In this document: positions 1-10,156 of the stretch, in pieces | Layout: every line of letters begins with the position of its first letter | Numbering within the stretch: position 1 is the stretch's first letter | Origin: Promethearchaeota archaeon | GTDB taxonomy: Archaea > Asgardarchaeota > Lokiarchaeia > Sigyniarchaeales > SOKP01 | DNA length: 64,000 bases | Direction of reading: 5' to 3' | NCBI GenBank assembly: GCA_016839765.1 | Contig: JAEOTP010000069.1 | Span: 32,001-96,000, forward strand | The notes under the pieces: model-generated | What the model was told of the DNA's origin: nothing | Seen by the model: the letters and a program-made list of their open reading frames with translations, nothing else | The model's database searches: none | Position numbers and translations under genes: made by a program

Positions 1-717
1 ATTTATCGCTATTGAAATAAAGCTAATAAAATATGCTTCTATTGTTGGCACTATCGGAGATTTTATAAGAAGGTCTTCTATGCCAGACCAGACCAAGGTT
101 ACTCCAGTGAACATCATCAAAAGGACTATTAATATACTTGCTAATTTGTCCTTTTTAAATTTCATTCCAAGCAATACTATTAAACCTATTTTTATTAAAT
201 CGGTCAAATTTTCAAAACCTTCAGTTAACATCCCCTGTGACCCTAATTGTAATCCGGTAAAAATCTTCAAACTTGAGAGAATTATTAAAAAAATTGCTGA
301 TATTAGAATCACAGATGTTTTTGAAAACAATCTACGCATCCAATAACTTGTATGTAAATTCCAGAAGTAGCTAACCTCAACTAGTTTTTTACCAGTTTCA
401 GTAAGTTCAATTGTATTGTTTTGTTTGATTTCTATTAATTTCTTGCGGTTCGCTTTTTGTATATATTCCTCAGTATCATTATCTTCAATGAGAACTTGTT
501 TTGTCGCAGAAAGAAAAAATAAACGCATTTGAGATTTTAAATCTTCAATATCTTGTACTCCATCATAGATAAGACATAAAAAACCATATAAAAAATCTTC
601 GTGAGGGTCTCTATGATGTCCATCATAATATTTCTTTACGAAATTTTGACCTTCTCCTTTTGGACCAAATTTTAAGTCTTTTCTTGAATATTTCGATTTC
701 AAATCCTCTAAAGGCAT
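1..717 (-). CDS. Cation diffusion facilitator (CDF)-like transporter with N-terminal winged-helix-like domain; partial, runs off the window start; not in ORF track
   Basis: ATG at 717 opens a frame to position 1: MPLEDLKSKYSRKDLKFG...GHHRDPHEDF...KLIEIKQNNTIELTETGKKLV (wHTH-wing-like), then TM helices with LKIFTGLQLGSQGMLTEGFENLTD, resembling CDF TM1-TM2. Confidence 0.7.
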   Translation of the reverse strand, partial: MPLEDLKSKYSRKDLKFGPKGEGQNFVKKYYDGHHRDPHEDFLYGFLCLIYDGVQDIEDLKSQMRLFFLSATKQVLIEDNDTEEYIQKANRKKLIEIKQNNTIELTETGKKLVEVSYFWNLHTSYWMRRLFSKTSVILISAIFLIILSSLKIFTGLQLGSQGMLTEGFENLTDLIKIGLIVLLGMKFKKDKLASILIVLLMMFTGVTLVWSGIEDLLIKSPIVPTIEAYFISFISIAIN

Positions 718-800
718 TAAGTTTTATTATAAGACATAAAAATTATATATTTCGAAATTACTATTAATCGAAACTAATATGAAAATAAAATTTATGAAAA

Positions 801-1304
801 TTGATTGATCCTGAAAAACTTTTACAATTCATAAAAAATAGAAGAACTATTCGTAGTTTTCAAGGAAAAATGATTTCAGATAAGGAAATCGAAATGATTT
901 TGGAAGCAGGTAGATGGGCTCCTAGCGCTTCGAATAGACAACCCTGGGAATTTATTGTAGTTAAAAATGAAAGAAAGAAGCAAGAATTAGCAAAGGTGGC
1001 TACATATGGTAGGTTTTTGGGAAATGCTCCTCTGGTTATAGCTATTATAGGAAAAATATATCAAAATCCAAAATGGTATGTTCAAGACACCTCTCTAGTA
1101 TCGATGAATATGATGTTGATGGCCTGGGCTTTAGGAATAGGAACTTGCTGGATTGGTTCAATGGATCGTGAGAAAGCGAAAGAAATTCTTGAACTTGGGA
1201 AAAATGATTTTGTTCTTACAATCTTACCAATGGGTTATATTGAAGGTGAAATTCCAAAACCTAAAAATAGAAAACCCTTAGAAAAAATCACTAAGGAAAT
1301 TTAA
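801..1304 (+). CDS. Nitroreductase family protein
   Basis: RRTIRSF, WAPSASNRQPWEF and LGIGTCWIG motifs. Confidence 0.92.
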   Translation: MIDPEKLLQFIKNRRTIRSFQGKMISDKEIEMILEAGRWAPSASNRQPWEFIVVKNERKKQELAKVATYGRFLGNAPLVIAIIGKIYQNPKWYVQDTSLVSMNMMLMAWALGIGTCWIGSMDREKAKEILELGKNDFVLTILPMGYIEGEIPKPKNRKPLEKITKEI

Positions 1305-1316
1305 AAATAACTCTCT

Positions 1317-2483
1317 TTAAATCGTTATTGTTAGATCTTCAATTGTTTCTGGAGCTTTGGTTAATTTTTGATACCCCTCTTGAGTAATTAACACTGTATC
1401 GGAATGACGGAACCCTCCTAATCCTGGAATATATATTCCTGGTTCGATACTAATTATCATATTTGGTTCAAGTTTTCGATCATATCCCTCAGCGATATAT
1501 GGAGCTTCGTGTCCAGTTATTCCAAAACCATGACCAGTACGATGAATTATGTAATCAGCATAACCTTTTTCGAATATAAATTTTCTCACTTTTTTATCAA
1601 TTTCACTCATAACGCTACCTGGTTTTAAAAGATTATAAGCCAAAGCTCTTGAACTAATCATAACTTCAAATGGTTCTTTGGCTTTTTCTGGAACATTTCC
1701 TAAGAAAAAAGTGCGTTCTAGCTCAACACCATAACCATCAACTTGGGCTTGAACTATAGAAACATGGGGCCCTCCTTCTTCCATCTCGGTAAATATATGA
1801 GGAACTAAATGCGGATCATGAGAAATTGAAGGTGGCCAGACTGCAGCTGTTGTTTGTGTAGCTCTAAAATTAGCATTAGGAATGTCTTGTACAATCTTTG
1901 AGGTCATAGCATTTGTGACTTCTTTATATAGAGCAAATTCAAGAACTTTTGGCCGACATTTCTTAAGTAAAACCCTATGTCCTTTATTAACAATTTTACA
2001 TGCGTGAATTGTTCTCCCTATTTCATAATCTGTTTTAATGATTCGTGCCTCTTCAATAAGATCTGTTATGATTTTTTTACCAGGAGTTTTGTCTACTATA
2101 CCCATCGGCATCATAGATTCAATTCCTACAGTAGCATCTTTATTGATTAATTTCTGGTAGTAATCAAACCAATTCTCACCCTCACGAGCAGGAAATTCAT
2201 AATAAATTATAAAATCAAGCTCTAATATTGCTCGTTGTTCAATATGTCCTTTTTCTAATAGAGGAATCAACATTTTTGGAAGCCCTTCTTTTGGAATAAT
2301 TAAAATAAAGGGTCTTTCATGAACATAAAAAGCAAAATTAGTTAAATAATAGATATTAGTCGGATCGAAAGAAATATAATAATCTAAATTTTCTCTATCC
2401 ATTAAAATTCTTATTTTTTCTAATCGATTAGTTAATTCCCCTTTATTGGGAGGGGAAGTGATTGCTTTATAGTTTATCTTCAT
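1317..2483 (-). CDS. Xaa-Pro peptidase (M24 family, creatinase N-domain)
   Basis: HRTGHGFG, HEAP and EPGIYIPGLGGFRHSDTV motifs. Confidence 0.9.
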   Translation of the reverse strand: MKINYKAITSPPNKGELTNRLEKIRILMDRENLDYYISFDPTNIYYLTNFAFYVHERPFILIIPKEGLPKMLIPLLEKGHIEQRAILELDFIIYYEFPAREGENWFDYYQKLINKDATVGIESMMPMGIVDKTPGKKIITDLIEEARIIKTDYEIGRTIHACKIVNKGHRVLLKKCRPKVLEFALYKEVTNAMTSKIVQDIPNANFRATQTTAAVWPPSISHDPHLVPHIFTEMEEGGPHVSIVQAQVDGYGVELERTFFLGNVPEKAKEPFEVMISSRALAYNLLKPGSVMSEIDKKVRKFIFEKGYADYIIHRTGHGFGITGHEAPYIAEGYDRKLEPNMIISIEPGIYIPGLGGFRHSDTVLITQEGYQKLTKAPETIEDLTITI

Positions 2484-2499
2484 TGTTTATTTCTCCCTT

Positions 2500-3270
2500 T
2501 TACTTTTTTACAAATTTTTCAAGTCTTTTTCTAACTTCATCAGATTGGCCAGTAGTAATCATTGCAATAGATTCGCGAGCTAAAACAGATTCAATATTTA
2601 AATCTTGATTTTCATTAATGAATGATTTTGTATATCTTAAAGCCAAGTGATCTTTAGATATAATCATATTAGCAGTTTTCCTTAAAATTCTGTCTAAACT
2701 TGCTAGTGGACATAGCTGATTAACTAAGCCTATATTCAAGGCTTCTTCAGCAGTAATTTCTTTACCCAAAATCATTAATTCTTTGGCCCGTGTTTCTCCA
2801 ATAATTCGCGGTAACAATTTAGTAGAAGCATTTGAAAAGAAAAGACCAACTCCAACTTCAGGAAGCATAATTCTTGTATCTGAAGCAGCTATTCTTATAT
2901 CACATGCAAGTGTATGCTCAAATCCTCCACCTATAACCCAACCATGATATCCAACAATTATAATGCCTGAATGTGCCATCATAGCTCTTGTTAAAATTTG
3001 CCATGATTCCAGAAATTCAACAGCCTCGTCTAATCTATTTTTAGTCGTTAATAATTCATATCCATATTTTAGATCAGCTCCAACTGTAAAGTGCTTACCA
3101 TTAGCTGCATAAATTACACATACATCTTCATTTTTCGCACTCAATTTAAAATATTCAATTAATTTTTTAAGAACATTTAAATCAATAGTATTTCGTTGGT
3201 CTGGTTTATTCAAGGTTATTCTACCTATGTCACCCTCTTTTTCATATAATACAATATCTTCCAAAATCAA
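2500..3270 (-). CDS. Enoyl-CoA hydratase/isomerase (crotonase) family
   Basis: FTVGADL, GGGFE, PEVGVG and AEEALNIGLVN motifs. Confidence 0.9.
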   Translation of the reverse strand: MILEDIVLYEKEGDIGRITLNKPDQRNTIDLNVLKKLIEYFKLSAKNEDVCVIYAANGKHFTVGADLKYGYELLTTKNRLDEAVEFLESWQILTRAMMAHSGIIIVGYHGWVIGGGFEHTLACDIRIAASDTRIMLPEVGVGLFFSNASTKLLPRIIGETRAKELMILGKEITAEEALNIGLVNQLCPLASLDRILRKTANMIISKDHLALRYTKSFINENQDLNIESVLARESIAMITTGQSDEVRKRLEKFVKK

Positions 3271-3411
3271 TTTCTCCTCAATATTTTTTTAATTTTAAAA
3301 ATAATTTGAATTGTTCAATATATTTCGGAATAAAAATTTTATTATCCTTTTTTAAAAAGGGTTTAAAGTAAAGGCTCTTAATTAATACTAAAATGAAGCG
3401 GGTATAAATAA

Positions 3412-4935
3412 ATGGTATTAGAAAAATTAGAACCAAAAATTGTATGGTATATTTTTGAAGAAATAATTGCTAAAACACCGCGTCGTTCTAAAAAGGAAGA
3501 TAAAATTAGAAATAAGATTAAAACTTGGTTGATTGAGCAAGCAGAACTAAAAAGACTCGAAATTAATATTTCTGAAGATCTGGTTGGTAATATTTTAATT
3601 AAAAAACCGGCTACAAATGGGATGGAATCAGTTCCTCCCCTACTTCTTCAAGCTCATTTAGATATGGTTTGTGAAACAGATAGACCAGAGGGATATAACT
3701 TTGATGATAGTGGAATTCCCATAAGAATACAAGATAATGGTGAGTGGATTGATGCTGATGGAACCACTTTGGGAGCAGATGATGGAATAGGGGTGGCATT
3801 GGCATTGGCAATTTTAATAGATAATAAAAAAGTCACCTCGCATGGACCCATTGAAGTTCTCTTTACTGTTAATGAAGAAGATGGCTTTACTGGAGCTACA
3901 AATCTAGATGTTAAAATCCTTGATATTAAAAGTAATTACATGATAAATTTAGATAGTGGTCCAATTGGAGAAATTACAATTGGTTCCGTTTGTGGAAGGA
4001 GAACGTATTTTAGAAAAGAATTTGAATGGTTAAAACAAAATTCTTTGGAAAATCTACTATTCATTGAATTAACTATTGATGGTCTATTAGGAGGACATTC
4101 TGGAGCAGATATTCATTTACCAAGGGCAAATGCTAATAAATTAATCAGTAGAATTTTATCAAATATAAGTCAATACATAGAAATTTATTTATGCAAATGG
4201 AATGGAGGTACAGTTTCTAATGTTATCACTAGAAATGCTGAAGTAAAATTTGCTCTAAACTCAAAAGACGAAGAGATTTTTGAAAATTTGATTCACGATG
4301 AAATAGCAATAATATATGATTATTACAAAGCTTCAAGAGAAGGATTTCCAATACTGGAACCTGATATAAATATTACTTGGAAAAAAGGAAAACCAGAAAA
4401 ATTTCTATCAGCCGAGGATACAAAACTTATCATTTCCACTACAAGCCTTTTTCCCCAAGGAGTCTTAAGATATTCACCATTTTATGAAAACTTTCCTGAA
4501 TCTTCTAATAATTTTGCGATAGTATGGACAAAAGATAATAGAATTATTATACGGCTCTATCCTCGAAGTATTATTCGATCTGAATTGAATTCATTTGTAC
4601 AATCCATGGTTCAACTGGGGGAACTAGGAGGTTGGCAGATGGAATTACGTGATATATTACCAGAATGGACGCCCCAACCTGAATCAAAATTTCTTAAATA
4701 TGCCAAAGAACAATATGAATCAATTTTACAAAGACCTGTTAAATCTAGTATTGTTCATGGAGGTTTAGAAACTGGAAGGATAAGCCAAAAGATTCCTGGA
4801 ATTCAAATGATTTCTATTGGACCTACAGTTGACGGTGAACACACACCTAATGAAAAGTTAAAAATTGTGGATGTTAGAATAATTTATGAGTTATTAATCA
4901 AAATTTTGATGAATTTTTCAATTATAGAAAATTAG
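3412..4935 (+). CDS. pepD: Aminoacyl-histidine dipeptidase (M20C)
   Basis: LQAHLDMVCE, TTLGADDGIG, NEEDG, GGHSGADIH, HGGLE and HTPNE motifs. Confidence 0.88.
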   Translation: MVLEKLEPKIVWYIFEEIIAKTPRRSKKEDKIRNKIKTWLIEQAELKRLEINISEDLVGNILIKKPATNGMESVPPLLLQAHLDMVCETDRPEGYNFDDSGIPIRIQDNGEWIDADGTTLGADDGIGVALALAILIDNKKVTSHGPIEVLFTVNEEDGFTGATNLDVKILDIKSNYMINLDSGPIGEITIGSVCGRRTYFRKEFEWLKQNSLENLLFIELTIDGLLGGHSGADIHLPRANANKLISRILSNISQYIEIYLCKWNGGTVSNVITRNAEVKFALNSKDEEIFENLIHDEIAIIYDYYKASREGFPILEPDINITWKKGKPEKFLSAEDTKLIISTTSLFPQGVLRYSPFYENFPESSNNFAIVWTKDNRIIIRLYPRSIIRSELNSFVQSMVQLGELGGWQMELRDILPEWTPQPESKFLKYAKEQYESILQRPVKSSIVHGGLETGRISQKIPGIQMISIGPTVDGEHTPNEKLKIVDVRIIYELLIKILMNFSIIEN

Positions 4936-4961
4936 AATAGCTAAAAAAACAAAACATTATT

Positions 4962-6266
4962 CTAAGCATCTTCTAATTCAATCACATTACTTAATTTGTC
5001 TTTTATTTCTGCTTTCAATTCTTCAGATAATTTACAATCTGTAATTTTCCAAAATCTAAATTCGTGATTGAGATATGCAGGACATTCTACTCTTATATTT
5101 TTAGGACACTCTGCGAATTGCCAACATTGAAATATTTTTTCTTCATAAAATTTATGAAACTTTTTAGGTAATTTCTTATAATCAAAATTCGTCTCTTTAA
5201 CAAATTTATCCAGATCGTTTGAATTATACGTATTCCAGAATAATACTTTTTTAGATTTGTTTTCTTCCTTCTCAAGATAGTTAAACATAGCCGCCATCGA
5301 TTTTCCCGTATATGTGGTCTCTAATTTAAAATTCTTGCGATGCCCCTCTAATTCCATTACTTTATCAATGGCAGCTTGACCTCTAATAGTTTTTATTCCA
5401 TAGCCAGACCCAAGATATCCAGATACAAATTCAAAATCGTCTTCTGAAACTTTAATATCTGGGATTGATTTATCATTTTTTCGTAGATAATTGATAGCTT
5501 TATTAGCATTTTTCATTACAGCTGAAGGATTAGAAGTTAAAGATATATATACTGCTACAGCATGTACTTTTGTCTTCAATCCCATTAATTTGCATCCTGC
5601 TATAAGACCAGCTGAAGTTCCAGTAGATCCTCCTGGAATAAAAATTACATCTGGTTCTGGAATTATTTTCTGATCAATTTGTTTTTTTAATTCAATAATA
5701 GCATTTACAAATCCAATTGTTCCAAGAGGAGATCCTATTCCAAATAGAGGTGAGCCTCCAGGGAACATTAAGAAATATTTTGGATGAAATAATTTGAAAA
5801 ATAAGAATTTTGCAAAGGTGCTAATATCTCCTTTACCAAGATGGAGTTTAGCTCCAAAATGGTTAAATAATAATAATGAACGTTGGACATGCCAAGTTAA
5901 AGGTTGATGGAAAAGATAAAGGGTACATTTTAAAGGTGGGTTTAATTGATGACACACTATAGCACACGCTAATCCATGATTTGTTCCAATACCTCCATTT
6001 GTCACAACGCCTTTTTTCTTTTTTTGTAAAACTTTCCCAAAAATAAATTCAAACTTTCTTAATTTATTTCCTCCATAAGTATGATGATTTTTATCATCAC
6101 GTTTGATATATATCTCTCCACCTTTTAAATCGAATTCTTTTTCTAATTCGGTAAGCCTGTCTATTTTGGTTGGTAACTGCGTTAAAATAGGAATCCAAGG
6201 AACTTTTCCTTTTAAATTCGGGTATAGTTCAAATAAATAAGGTTTCTCTAGTGTCATAATCATCAT
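4962..6266 (-). CDS. PLP-dependent D-cysteine desulfhydrase/ACC deaminase family, with Cys-rich C-terminal extension
   Basis: IKRDD...GGNKLRK (PLP lysine), GSTGTSAGL and LETTYTGK motifs. Confidence 0.85.
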   Translation of the reverse strand: MMIMTLEKPYLFELYPNLKGKVPWIPILTQLPTKIDRLTELEKEFDLKGGEIYIKRDDKNHHTYGGNKLRKFEFIFGKVLQKKKKGVVTNGGIGTNHGLACAIVCHQLNPPLKCTLYLFHQPLTWHVQRSLLLFNHFGAKLHLGKGDISTFAKFLFFKLFHPKYFLMFPGGSPLFGIGSPLGTIGFVNAIIELKKQIDQKIIPEPDVIFIPGGSTGTSAGLIAGCKLMGLKTKVHAVAVYISLTSNPSAVMKNANKAINYLRKNDKSIPDIKVSEDDFEFVSGYLGSGYGIKTIRGQAAIDKVMELEGHRKNFKLETTYTGKSMAAMFNYLEKEENKSKKVLFWNTYNSNDLDKFVKETNFDYKKLPKKFHKFYEEKIFQCWQFAECPKNIRVECPAYLNHEFRFWKITDCKLSEELKAEIKDKLSNVIELEDA

Positions 6267-6298
6267 AATAAAATGTTTGAAATAAAAGCTTAGTAAGA

Positions 6299-7204
6299 TT
6301 ATTGTCTTAGAATAAATCCATCATCTTTCTGCGAAATGAGTTTTTGTATCAAAAATTTGTCAAAATGTTTTTGAATCATTATTAATTCGGCTATAATTTC
6401 ATATTCCTTAAACATACTATAATATTTATATATAAAGTTTTTACCCTTGAAATCATTTACCTTTATGGGTTTAATCTCTGAAAACTGAGATAAAATCCGA
6501 TCATCACGTTTATAGATTATTAATTTATACTTCTTTAATTCTTCATTTATCGTCTTTTTACCTTCAATAATTCCTCTATGTCCTGTAGCAACAATATCTA
6601 TATTTATTTGTTCAAGTTTTTCAATAGATTTTTCGAAATCAAGTAAATCTGAATCAATTCCAGCATAAAATACAAAATTAGTCAAATCTATATCCGCTAA
6701 AAAAGCCATCTTTGAATTCAATTCATAAAAGGAGCAATGTCCTGCCGTATGCCCTGGAGTATGAACAATTTTTAACGTTAGATGATCTCCTATCTTAATT
6801 ATGTCATTATCTTCATAAGTTTTTTCAATTTTAGTATTTTTTAATTTAAGGCTTTCTTCTAAACCAGCAAACATCTCAGCAGCAGAAGTATTCGAAATGC
6901 CATAATAATCATTGAATTTATCAACATTTTCAATCAAATATTTATCATTAAAATGAATTAAAAAGTTTGCATTGGGGAATATTCTATTTCCAGAAGTATG
7001 ATCTTCATGCCAATGTGATAATAGTACATTATTTATCTGGAACTTTCTTTTTAATTTTATTAATAATCTAGTTGAGATACCTGTATCAATAATATAATCT
7101 TCAATAAGTAGAGAATGTGAATAAGGATATTTGCCATTTCTTGCTCCTTCAATGAAATAAATTTCTGGAAACTCATCTGAAATTGAGTGAATAAAATCGT
7201 CCAT
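6299..7204 (-). CDS. Metallo-beta-lactamase fold hydrolase
   Basis: SHWHEDH, HTPGHTAGH and TGH motifs. Confidence 0.9.
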   Translation of the reverse strand: MDDFIHSISDEFPEIYFIEGARNGKYPYSHSLLIEDYIIDTGISTRLLIKLKRKFQINNVLLSHWHEDHTSGNRIFPNANFLIHFNDKYLIENVDKFNDYYGISNTSAAEMFAGLEESLKLKNTKIEKTYEDNDIIKIGDHLTLKIVHTPGHTAGHCSFYELNSKMAFLADIDLTNFVFYAGIDSDLLDFEKSIEKLEQINIDIVATGHRGIIEGKKTINEELKKYKLIIYKRDDRILSQFSEIKPIKVNDFKGKNFIYKYYSMFKEYEIIAELIMIQKHFDKFLIQKLISQKDDGFILRQ

Positions 7205-7374
7205 CTTTATTTTAGTTTAAGATAATTTTATAAAGAAAAACATAGTAAAAATCTTAAATATTACCTAGCGTTTGTATAATCTTTTGTACAAATCTGAAAA
7301 AAATATTGCTCTTTTTATTCTTTTTTTAATAAATTATTGTTGGATTTATTATAATTAATTTTCTCAAATCAAAA

Positions 7375-7530
7375 ATGTATTATAATTGCCCAAACTGTTC
7401 CAGTATGAAAAAGCCCAAAATTATTAAATATTTTCCACCAATTATCGTAAAGTGTTTGGATTGTGAGTATGAAAATTCAGAGCAGAAATTCGTACAAAGA
7501 GACAAAACCCACCAGGTGGTTATGCATTAA
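7375..7530 (+). CDS. Small Zn-ribbon protein (51 aa), below the ORF-track cutoff
   Basis: Manual translation: MYYNCPNCSSMKKPKIIKYFPPIIVKCLDCEYENSEQKFVQRDKTHQVVMH; two CxxC pairs; fills an otherwise empty gap. Confidence 0.7.
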   Translation: MYYNCPNCSSMKKPKIIKYFPPIIVKCLDCEYENSEQKFVQRDKTHQVVMH

Positions 7531-7613
7531 ATAAAAAGGGTTTTTTGTAATTATTTATTTTTTTCTAATATTTTAAAAAGCAGGTTTTAATATAAAACTC
7601 CAGACACATGCAT

Positions 7614-8084
7614 TTACTTTTTATCACTTATAAAGAACATCTTTCTTTTCGAGTGCACTTTTTTAAAATGATCTTTATATTTTTCAATTTCATCCTGAAT
7701 TTCTTCTAATTCTTTATTTTCCAACATTTTATTAAAAATATTTAGTGTTGACAAGTATAATTTAGGCACAAATGTATCAATTTGAGAAAGCTGATAAGCT
7801 AAATCTAATATTGATGAGTAACCTATTTTTAAATTAATTTCTCTATTTTTAATTTTCTGTAGAATCTCCTTTTCGAGTTTTCTTCTCGAAATATTACTCC
7901 AAATTAATTCATACACAAAATAATTTACAGCTTGCACAGCTTCTGTTAAAAGAGCCGTACCTGTAGCAATTGCTATACTACGTGTTAAAGCATATGCAGT
8001 TACAGTTCCTAAAACTAAAGTAATTCCCCTATAAATCAAACTTTTAATTAAAGTAGTTTTCCATTCAATATTTTGAGTTTCCAT
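7614..8084 (-). CDS. DUF2061-like membrane domain plus helical C-terminus
   Basis: TLIKSLIYR...YFVYELIW pattern typical of DUF2061. Confidence 0.6.
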   Translation of the reverse strand: METQNIEWKTTLIKSLIYRGITLVLGTVTAYALTRSIAIATGTALLTEAVQAVNYFVYELIWSNISRRKLEKEILQKIKNREINLKIGYSSILDLAYQLSQIDTFVPKLYLSTLNIFNKMLENKELEEIQDEIEKYKDHFKKVHSKRKMFFISDKK

Positions 8085-8224
8085 AGAGCTCTACCATTTA
8101 AAAGCAAATATTAACTATAGAATCAATATTCCTTTTGATATTTAAATATATATAAAAAACGTCTTATTTTAAATACTTTAATGACTTTTTGTGATATTGC
8201 ACTCCTCAACTTATTCATTTTTCA

Positions 8225-8407
8225 TTACTTCAACGCATAATAGCAACGTTTAGGAGAATAAACCTTCTCTTCTTCTCTTAATTCCTTTATAATTTTTGAT
8301 ACTTCTTTAGATTCTATTCCTAATTCTTTTGCAATATCCCCAGGTCTTAATGGTTTATCAAGGGTTCTGAAAACTTCTATTACCTTATAATAAATAAAAT
8401 AAATCAC
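8225..8407 (-). CDS. Small winged-helix protein, possibly 5'-truncated
   Basis: KPLRPGDIAKELGIESKEVSKIIKELREEEKVYSPKRCYY; implausible N-terminus (MIYFIYY, GTG start). Confidence 0.55.
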   Translation of the reverse strand: MIYFIYYKVIEVFRTLDKPLRPGDIAKELGIESKEVSKIIKELREEEKVYSPKRCYYALK

Positions 8408-8458
8408 AAATGCAAAACTGAAGCAAAGGTATTAAACATATATTTCTATTAATTATAA

Positions 8459-8542
8459 ATAGAAGTCGCAATTGAAATGGGAGGAGGTCTCGCAATTCTA
8501 TTAAGTAGGCTTGCTCTTAAAGTTCTTAAATATTACTCTTAA
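8459..8542 (+). pseudogene. 3' remnant of a carboxymuconolactone decarboxylase/AhpD-like gene
   Basis: Translates to IEVAIEMGGGLAILLSRLALKVLKYYS*, resembling the CMD-family C-terminus (E-VAI-MGGGP); in-frame stop immediately upstream. Confidence 0.5.
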
Positions 8543-8581
8543 TGAATTTAACACAACATATCTATAAATAGAGATACCCCA

Positions 8582-10057
8582 TTAATAGCTCTTAGCGATA
8601 TAAACAGTACAGGATGCCGGTTTACCACAAATTAAACATGTTGCAAATTCGTGCTTTTCCTCATCGACTCTTTTACCTCTAACAAACCCCCCTATTTCTT
8701 TTTCAACCAGTTCCGCACACTGATAAGCATCCATATCGATTGAACAAAATCCACAACACACGATTTTTCCGTTATTAATCGCTTCTATGGCTGCATCTTT
8801 TTCATATACACATTCAACTTGAGACTCAAAATCAATAAGTGACTTCTCTTTTATTTCTTTCGTATAATTTGCAGCGATTTTATCAATCTTAGATTCTAAT
8901 TCTGCCTCTTTAATGGTAGATTTTTTATCATCATGTCGTTTAATGAGGATGATTTCTCCTTTTTCAATATCTTTAGGTCCAATTTCAATTCTGATAGGAA
9001 CACCCTTCAATTCCCAAAAATAGAACTTATTACCAACAGATTCATCAGAATCATCAATTTTCACTTTGAATTTATCTTTTAGGTGATTATATATTTCCTT
9101 AGCTTTCTTAATTACGATTTCTTCTTTACCTTTATAGATAATTGGAATAATAATTATTTGAATTGGTGCTAAATCAAAAGGCAAAATTAAACCTCTATCA
9201 TCTCCGAGATAAGCAATCATTGCCCCATATATTCTACTTATCGCTGGACCATAACATGTTTGATATCCATATTTTTCTTCACCATCTCTATCAATAAACT
9301 TTACATTAAAAGGTTTAGAGAAATTTTGACCAAGCAAATGAGTTGATGGCAATTGTAATACCTTTCCTGAACCCATTAAAGCATCTGCCGCATAAGTAGA
9401 AATAGCCCCGGGGAATTTATCCCATTGTGGTCTTTCGAAAAAAATTATAGGGATTCCAAACTCATCTTGTAGCATTTGATATGTTACTTCCATGTCTTCT
9501 TTTACTTGTATTAGGGCTCCTTCCATTGTTGAAAATACGTCATGACCTTCTATCCAATGAAATTCTCGTGCTCTAAAGAATGGTCTCGTCATTTTTCCTT
9601 CATAGCGCCATATTTGACATGAAAGATATCGTTTAAAAGGTAAATCCTTATAACTTCTAATCCATAATGAATACATTTTATATAAGGCAGTCTCACTTGT
9701 CGGCCGTAAGGCTAATCGCTCAGATAATTTACCTGAACTACCTGCTTCAGTGACCCAAAATACTTCTGGGGCGAACCCTTCTACATGCTCAGCTTCTAAT
9801 AAAAAGTTACTCTCCGGGATTAGTGAGGGCATAGTCAATGGAAGGTGTCCGTTTTTTTCCATTAACTCTTCATATTTAGCATACATTATTTTTATTGTTA
9901 TGGTAGCCCATTCTCTATAAACAACAAAACCCTTGATATTATATCGAATATCAGCTAACTCCGCCTTGTTGATTAATTCAGTATACCAAGCAGAAAAATC
10001 CTCTTCCTTAGAAACAGTAATTCCCGTTAAAGGAATCTCTTTTTTCTTTTTTGCCAT
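8582..10057 (-). CDS. proS: Proline--tRNA ligase (archaeal/eukaryotic type)
   Basis: EHVEGFAPE, LRPTSET, REFHWIEGH; C-terminal Zn domain ending AKSY. Confidence 0.97.
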   Translation of the reverse strand: MAKKKKEIPLTGITVSKEEDFSAWYTELINKAELADIRYNIKGFVVYREWATITIKIMYAKYEELMEKNGHLPLTMPSLIPESNFLLEAEHVEGFAPEVFWVTEAGSSGKLSERLALRPTSETALYKMYSLWIRSYKDLPFKRYLSCQIWRYEGKMTRPFFRAREFHWIEGHDVFSTMEGALIQVKEDMEVTYQMLQDEFGIPIIFFERPQWDKFPGAISTYAADALMGSGKVLQLPSTHLLGQNFSKPFNVKFIDRDGEEKYGYQTCYGPAISRIYGAMIAYLGDDRGLILPFDLAPIQIIIIPIIYKGKEEIVIKKAKEIYNHLKDKFKVKIDDSDESVGNKFYFWELKGVPIRIEIGPKDIEKGEIILIKRHDDKKSTIKEAELESKIDKIAANYTKEIKEKSLIDFESQVECVYEKDAAIEAINNGKIVCCGFCSIDMDAYQCAELVEKEIGGFVRGKRVDEEKHEFATCLICGKPASCTVYIAKSY

Positions 10058-10156
10058 AGTCTATTTTAAAAATACTTGAAATGTTAAATATTTTATGAGT
10101 AAAAACTAAAAATCTAAAATATGGTACTAGATTAGAAGGAGTCTTTTTAAGTTTAA

